From NCBI GenBank assembly GCA_045534635.1, contig JAZSKB010000044.1, positions 235,455-267,454 of the forward strand: a stretch of 32,000 nt of DNA, read 5' to 3'. Positions 27,240-32,000 of the stretch are shown piece by piece. The position numbers and the translations under genes were made by a program. This stretch comes from Bacteroidales bacterium. Lineage in GTDB: Bacteria; Bacteroidota; Bacteroidia; Bacteroidales; WCHB1-69. The notes under the pieces are model-generated. The model worked only from the letters and a program-made list of their open reading frames with translations, did not search any database and was not told where the DNA came from. Positions within the stretch are counted from its first letter, which is position 1; each line of letters opens with the position of its first letter.

Positions 27240-29573
27240 TTAAAAACTCACACTAAAACCCACATTCCACAACAACGGCAATTGATAAATACGTTCATTA
27301 TAACGATTTACATAAAATATATTTTTATAGTTGTACAAATTTGTCAATCCTGCTGACAAATATATTTTACAACGTTCCGAAACATAAAATCTTCGTTTTA
27401 AAGAAACATCTAAACGATGATAATCAGGCAATTGACCTCCATTAAGAGAATCCAATGCTATACCCAAATTTTCATTACTTGAAATCACATTACCTGTAAT
27501 TTCATCAATGATAAGATTCGGATAATACCCTTTTGTTTTGGTAAATGGGAATCCTGTTCCATAATTCCAACGAATATCTGCTGTCCAATTTTTTCGTTTT
27601 CCCCATGAATAAGACAACATCAAATTAACATTATGTCGTCTATCAAAATGGGTACGATAAATAACAATGCCATCATTACGATTTACAAAGTTAAGAGAAT
27701 ACACTCCATTGATATACAATCCTTTGTATTCAAACTTAAAAGAAAAATCTCCCCCATAGGCTTTACCTGTTTCAAGCAGATATTCAACATCTGTTGAAAA
27801 TATTCTATATCTATTGATATTTGTCAATTGAGAAAAGTTTTTAAAATAACCTTCAATATTTATAGAAGTATGAGGTATCATATCAAATTCCAATCCTAAA
27901 ACAAGATGTTGTGCTTTTTGTAAACTACTTTTTACCGCTTTTCCATTCAAAGAATCTTTAACATTTTCGGGAACGGTAACAAATCCATAAAATAAGTTAA
28001 CTACATCTTGATCAGAGGTTACACTCATTAAATTTTGAGTATATAATCCGCCAGCAAATTTCAAACGAATATCTTTTGTTATATTGTATTTTATTGCTAA
28101 ACGAGGTTCTGGAGAGACTACCGATTGTGAAGCAAAAATATGCAAACGAAAACTTGGTTCTATAATCAATTTTTCCTTACATGTTATCCATTTATCTTTC
28201 AGATATACAGACAATTCACTATTGAAAGTTTGTTCTGCTATATTCCAACCATAAGCAGAAGTAAAATGATAATCTATCCACGAAGCCTGAATGGTTACAC
28301 CATACGAAAGTGTATTTTTTCCAAGCAAATAAGCACAATTCATTCCAATATTTAAATCGTTAATACCACTAACACGGTCTGGATTAGTATTTTCTATCAT
28401 TGACATTTTATAACCTGAATATGCGACATTTCCGTCTATCAAAATATTGCTATTGCGAGGCAAAAACATAAAAGAAAGACCTCCACCATAAGAATTCCAT
28501 TTGTAGGTTGCAATTGAAGGATAAGCAACTTTGTCGTTAAAACTAAATCCAAAGAAATTCACTTTACTTCCTCCTTCGGTCAACAAAGAAATTTTTGCAT
28601 AACCATCTAAAAAATCGTATGGCAAACCTGCTTTATCTGCATAAGAATAAAACCATTTAGAAGTTTGAGACAAATACGACCCTTTCAACGATACCAGATA
28701 AGTTAGTGAGGTTCCTTTGGCACTTGCATCTGAAGACAAAGCATTTGTAGATGAATCTTTTACATTATTTGTCTCTGATTGGTTTTTCACTTTTACAATA
28801 GGACCTTCCAACAAAAGTTTTGCTCCGAAAGTAGTCATATCGAACTTACCTGAAAAACGATTTCTATTTCCATCTCTTGTTTTTACATCTATTATAGACG
28901 AGGTTCTTCCGCCATATTCCGCACCAAAACCCGCCGTATAAACATCTGTACTTTTGATTAAATCTACATCAAAAACAGAAAACAATCCTATAGAATGAAA
29001 CGGATTATAAACCGTCATTCCATCTAAAAGTACTTTATTTTGTATTGGAGTTCCTCCTCGCAAATACAATTGTCCACCTTGGTCTCCGGTAAAAACTACG
29101 CCGGGCAAGACTTGTAAATATTGGGCTAAATCGGGAATACCTCCTATTGAAGGCAATCTGGTTATTTGTTTTGGGGTAATGTGGGTGGCGGCTACTCGCG
29201 TTTCTGTACGGGCAATTGCTTTTTCTGCTACTACCTCTATTCCTCCCAATTGCAATGATTTTTCTTGAATATAATACTTTAATATTGGCGATATTTTATC
29301 TCCAACTTTACATTCTACCTGCAAAGAATCATAACCAACACAACTAATTCTTACTTTATATGTGCCTTTTTCTAATTTATTAACGATAAAAAAACCATTA
29401 ATATCTGTTACTGCTCCTTGATTTGTTCCATAAACATATATTGTTGCAAATGCAATTGGTTCGCCTGATGTTTTCTCATACACAAAACCTCTTATACCGC
29501 CTTGCTGGGCTACTACATTCAATATATTTGTTAACAATACAAATATCAATACTATATATCTTTGCTTTTTCAT
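27240..29573 (-). CDS. TonB-dependent outer-membrane receptor with N-terminal carboxypeptidase-regulatory-like domain
   Basis: Signal peptide present. GIRGFVYEKTSGEPIAFATIYV...TDINGFF fits the CarboxypepD_reg-like domain. Plug-like GGIPDLAQYLQVLPGV and LLDGMTVYNP. Long beta-rich barrel ending in a terminal Phe. Confidence 0.85.
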   Translation of the reverse strand: MKKQRYIVLIFVLLTNILNVVAQQGGIRGFVYEKTSGEPIAFATIYVYGTNQGAVTDINGFFIVNKLEKGTYKVRISCVGYDSLQVECKVGDKISPILKYYIQEKSLQLGGIEVVAEKAIARTETRVAATHITPKQITRLPSIGGIPDLAQYLQVLPGVVFTGDQGGQLYLRGGTPIQNKVLLDGMTVYNPFHSIGLFSVFDVDLIKSTDVYTAGFGAEYGGRTSSIIDVKTRDGNRNRFSGKFDMTTFGAKLLLEGPIVKVKNQSETNNVKDSSTNALSSDASAKGTSLTYLVSLKGSYLSQTSKWFYSYADKAGLPYDFLDGYAKISLLTEGGSKVNFFGFSFNDKVAYPSIATYKWNSYGGGLSFMFLPRNSNILIDGNVAYSGYKMSMIENTNPDRVSGINDLNIGMNCAYLLGKNTLSYGVTIQASWIDYHFTSAYGWNIAEQTFNSELSVYLKDKWITCKEKLIIEPSFRLHIFASQSVVSPEPRLAIKYNITKDIRLKFAGGLYTQNLMSVTSDQDVVNLFYGFVTVPENVKDSLNGKAVKSSLQKAQHLVLGLEFDMIPHTSINIEGYFKNFSQLTNINRYRIFSTDVEYLLETGKAYGGDFSFKFEYKGLYINGVYSLNFVNRNDGIVIYRTHFDRRHNVNLMLSYSWGKRKNWTADIRWNYGTGFPFTKTKGYYPNLIIDEITGNVISSNENLGIALDSLNGGQLPDYHRLDVSLKRRFYVSERCKIYLSAGLTNLYNYKNIFYVNRYNERIYQLPLLWNVGFSVSF

Positions 29574-29599
29574 TTATTTGACAATAACTTCCAAATTTG

Positions 29600-29607
29600 C
29601 AAAGATA
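29600..29607 (-). promoter_or_regulatory. Bacteroidota -7 box (TAnnTTTG) for the TonB-receptor/tcdA operon
   Basis: The plus strand reads CAAAGATA, which is TATCTTTG on the minus strand, 27 nt upstream of the ATG at 29573. A second match (CAAAGGTA, 29628-29635) lies 55 nt upstream. Confidence 0.5.
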
Positions 29608-29715
29608 TAATTTTTTTTAATATCTTTCAAAGGTATTTTTTTCTCCCTGTTTGACAGTATTTTAATAAAAAAGTAAAAAAAATCGCTTATTTTTTATTCA
29701 TATTAAAAATTTTTG

Positions 29716-29723
29716 TATATTTG
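29716..29723 (+). promoter_or_regulatory. Bacteroidota -7 box (TAnnTTTG) with no annotated gene downstream
   Basis: TATATTTG lies about 47 nt upstream of the ATG at 29770 of the small HTH-like ORF. Motif match only. Confidence 0.4.
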
Positions 29724-29769
29724 CAATGTTGAAAATAATACATTAATTGTTAAAAAAAACATAATAATT

Positions 29770-29985
29770 ATGGGGATAGGACAATTATTAGCGTTTGTAA
29801 AAAAGACAAGTTTTTGTAAATTTGCTGCAAAAATAGTCGGTAGAACACAAAAATATGTTAGTGATATTCTTGTTTTTTTCCCTCTATGGGCTTCTATTAA
29901 ACAGAAAAATATCAAAATAATAAAGCAAATATCAAATAAAAAATATCTCCAAACAACAACAGACTCTGATGACCCATTTGGCTAA
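29770..29985 (+). CDS. Possible small (71-72 aa) XRE-like helix-turn-helix protein
   Basis: An internal ATG of the track ORF 29713..29985. FCKFAAKIVGRTQKYVSDIL has the helix-turn(G)-helix spacing, with Gln at the start of the recognition helix as in XRE-type HTH domains. A -7 box lies upstream. Composition is otherwise typical of AT-rich noise, so confidence is low. Confidence 0.3.
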   Translation: MGIGQLLAFVKKTSFCKFAAKIVGRTQKYVSDILVFFPLWASIKQKNIKIIKQISNKKYLQTTTDSDDPFG

Positions 29986-29987
29986 GT

Positions 29988-30084
29988 TTGCCCTTGCCCA
30001 TAATTAGGACAAGGAAAACTATTGGGAAAATAGCAAGGGCAACAAGACAAAGTTGAAACTTTTTTCCTTGTAGAAAATTTCAAC
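29988..30084 (+). promoter_or_regulatory. Structured element: three interlocking complementary segment pairs upstream of the HExxH lipoprotein gene
   Basis: Stem A is 29988-29997 TTGCCCTTGC with 30033-30042 GCAAGGGCAA. Stem B is 30009-30018 ACAAGGAAAA with 30062-30071 TTTTCCTTGT. Stem C is 30052-30058 GTTGAAA with 30078-30084 TTTCAAC. All were verified by hand. Confidence 0.45.
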
Positions 30085-30126
30085 ACCCCAATAACATTAT
30101 TCATTTAATAATTAATTTTTATAAAT

Positions 30127-31779
30127 ATGAAGATATTCAATAAAATAGCCATAATGGCTATAGTAACGGTTATCGCAACGACTTCAATATTTGTTAGTTG
30201 CAAGAAAGAAGAAAATGCTTTATCTTCCTCTAAATTTCATAAAAATTTAGATGGAGATGAATTTGAATGTGTTGATGGGGAAATAGTTTTAGGAGAACCT
30301 ATCAATGACCCTTATCGTTTGGAAAATATGCATCAAGCATATCAATCTCTTATTGAAAGATATGGAGATATACCTATTCCGCCAATTGAACCTACTCATC
30401 GTTATATGCGATTTTTGCCGAAAAGCGATGAAGAATTAGTGATACTTCAATCTGATACAAACTTACTATGGTGGGATTATCCGTTAGATTATGAAGTTTT
30501 AGTACATGGCACGTATTACAAAGACCCTGAATTTAACGAAGAAGACCCTTTTACATGGCAATATTGTGTTATTCCTATTGACTATTCTTATCCAGAACAA
30601 ATTTACCATGAATTATTGTATGAAGTTTTTATTCCAGAAGATAATGGCGAAGAAATATACGAATTATTGGAAGAGGAAGCCTATTTAATAACAAATAATC
30701 TTTCTGATGAAGATTTGAAAGATTATATAGAAGAAGGTTTACCATATCCAATAGAACAAACCATTATTAAAAAGAATCGTAAAGCCAAAACAACTAAATG
30801 GACACCAAGTGCAACTATTAAAACATACGACGATATTGTTGGTGGATACATTCCTATAGAAGGTGCAAAAGTTACGGCTCGTTATGGAACAAAAATAAAA
30901 GAAGGAATTACAAATAATGCTGGATATTGTGCTGTTAATGGTTCTTTTCAATACCAAGTAAATTATGCTATTAAATGGGAAAGAGCATATTGGGATATAA
31001 GAGAAGGTTCTTTAGGGCAAGCATATTATAATGGTCCTAAACAGAAAAAATTATGGACATTATATATATCTAATGGCAAAAGTCTTTCTTATGCAACTAT
31101 CCATTCTGCTGCAATGAAATATTATTATGGTAATAATCTAGGATTAAGACGTCCAATATTAGCAGTAGGTAAAACAAAAATTAGTTACTACCATACTACT
31201 TGTGAAGATTTTTTAGGACTTTTTTTGAATAGATGGAATTTATTAGGTATTCTTCCTAATATTAAGATATGGGGATATTCATCATCAAGTGGATTATTAT
31301 TAACTAATAAATTATATGGAACGGTTATTCATGAATTAGGACATTTGTCTCATGCGAGATTTATAGGTGACTCTTTCAAAAGTGTAAATGATTTTGTTGC
31401 AGAAAGTTGGGCAACATGTATTGCATGGAAATTAACAGAACATCGTTACCAAATCGAATTATCAGGATACCCAAATTGTTCGACATATTCGCACTATCTC
31501 AATAAGCAAGAATGGGCTTTTCGTCCTTATTCCTACGATCCCTATACGCCTATTTTTATTGATTTAATAGATGATTATAATCAATCCCTTTTAAATTCCT
31601 ATTTTATTAATGATATGATATCAGGATATACATTAAGCGAAATACAGCAATATTTGATACCACATGCCTATAATTTATCTACATTAAGAGATAATCTTAA
31701 AAAACATAAATTACATAGTATAACAGATGAGCAAATAGATGAATTGCTTTTAAAATATAATAATATTTATGGATTTTAA
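30127..31779 (+). CDS. Lipoprotein with a gluzincin-type HExxH...E zinc-metallopeptidase motif, family not recognised
   Basis: MKIFNKIAIMAIVTVIATTSIFVSC lipobox. VIHELGHLSHARFIGDSFKSVNDFVAESW has HELGH plus a Glu 19 residues after the second His. The central segment EGAKVTARYGTKIKEGITNNAGYCAVNG looks like a small beta-sandwich (carboxypeptidase-regulatory-like) domain. Confidence 0.6.
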   Translation: MKIFNKIAIMAIVTVIATTSIFVSCKKEENALSSSKFHKNLDGDEFECVDGEIVLGEPINDPYRLENMHQAYQSLIERYGDIPIPPIEPTHRYMRFLPKSDEELVILQSDTNLLWWDYPLDYEVLVHGTYYKDPEFNEEDPFTWQYCVIPIDYSYPEQIYHELLYEVFIPEDNGEEIYELLEEEAYLITNNLSDEDLKDYIEEGLPYPIEQTIIKKNRKAKTTKWTPSATIKTYDDIVGGYIPIEGAKVTARYGTKIKEGITNNAGYCAVNGSFQYQVNYAIKWERAYWDIREGSLGQAYYNGPKQKKLWTLYISNGKSLSYATIHSAAMKYYYGNNLGLRRPILAVGKTKISYYHTTCEDFLGLFLNRWNLLGILPNIKIWGYSSSSGLLLTNKLYGTVIHELGHLSHARFIGDSFKSVNDFVAESWATCIAWKLTEHRYQIELSGYPNCSTYSHYLNKQEWAFRPYSYDPYTPIFIDLIDDYNQSLLNSYFINDMISGYTLSEIQQYLIPHAYNLSTLRDNLKKHKLHSITDEQIDELLLKYNNIYGF

Positions 31780-31792
31780 ATTTTTATACAAG

Positions 31793-32000
31793 ATGAAAAA
31801 AGTACAGATAATTTTAATGCTTATAATAATTTGTTTATTGTTTGTTCAATGTGATGATAATAAATATATAACTTGGGCAAATATCGGAGGAACATATTTT
31901 GTTAATAATTCTCAACAAAAGATAACACTAAAAAATGATACTTATTCTGGATTTTTAAAACCAACAGTTTTATATCCTAATCAAAAAAAATTAGCAGGAA
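31793..32000 (+). CDS. Lipoprotein, 3' end runs off the window
   Basis: Not in the ORF track. The ATG at 31793 gives MKKVQIILMLIIICLLFVQC (lipobox Cys) and the frame is open to the window edge. It starts 13 nt after the upstream stop. Confidence 0.5.
   Translation, partial: MKKVQIILMLIIICLLFVQCDDNKYITWANIGGTYFVNNSQQKITLKNDTYSGFLKPTVLYPNQKKLAG

Noticed and set aside
29578-29656. Two TTGACA hexamers (29578-29583, 29651-29656) resembling E. coli-type -35 boxes within a TTTGACAnTA direct repeat.
   Set aside because: Bacteroidota primary sigma factors use TTTG/TAnnTTTG rather than TTGACA/TATAAT. The spacing to any TATAAT-like hexamer is wrong for the first copy and the match is weak for the second. 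Probably chance.
29703-29915. Minus-strand 70-aa hydrophobic ORF in the large intergenic gap.
   Set aside because: It is antisense to the HTH-like frame, and no minus-strand TAnnTTTG box lies upstream of it. The hydrophobicity is explained by T-rich codons. Neither ORF in this gap is certain, but the plus-strand one has a promoter box and a fold-like pattern.
29988-30084. Invertible-promoter (inverton) interpretation of the inverted repeats.
   Set aside because: The repeat arms are only 10 nt long and enclose 35-43 nt, far shorter than known Bacteroidales invertible promoter segments. No recombinase gene is nearby. An RNA-level structure fits better.
1-32000. Scan for CRISPR arrays, IS or transposase/integrase genes, rRNA, prophage or defence-system genes, and longer dispersed repeats.
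   Set aside because: I could not see any regularly spaced direct repeats, recombinase or transposase motifs, or rRNA-like sequence by eye. A computational repeat search (self dot-plot) would be needed to exclude short dispersed repeats.

Overview
AT-rich, very compact chromosomal segment with the hallmarks of a Bacteroidota genome. These are a PorX-type response regulator, T9SS type A and type B C-terminal sorting domains, many lipobox lipoproteins, and TAnnTTTG -7 promoter boxes in most larger intergenic gaps. About 90% of the window is ordinary housekeeping: gpmA, glmM, pth, ruvX, def, ribF-like, nadD, sdaA, ribE, tcdA, rfbD, a RecD-like helicase, an arginine-decarboxylase-like enzyme and one tRNA-Ser(CGA). 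Genes sit in tight, often translationally coupled runs (stop/start overlaps at 1227-1237, 2996-3000 and 9600-3). Cell-envelope genes fill 16.2-25.9 kb: a repeat-domain lipoprotein, a T9SS S8 peptidase, two M23 peptidases, a Tyr-rich lipoprotein and an 852-aa T9SS type B surface protein. I saw no CRISPR array, transposase, integrase, rRNA or recognisable defence or toxin module, and no clearly novel multi-gene system. The least explained parts are four. (1) The right end, 29.6-32 kb, holds the largest non-coding gap (553 nt), with an orphan promoter box, a possible 72-aa HTH ORF and three interlocking complementary segments. These lie upstream of an uncharacterised HExxH lipoprotein and a second lipoprotein that runs off the window. 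(2) A GC-rich structured island at 17392-17480 has orphan promoter boxes pointing at it. (3) The RibF homologue has a decayed kinase domain. (4) Three convergent gene pairs have only 2-10 nt between their stops. All functional calls rest on motif recognition by eye; no searches were run.
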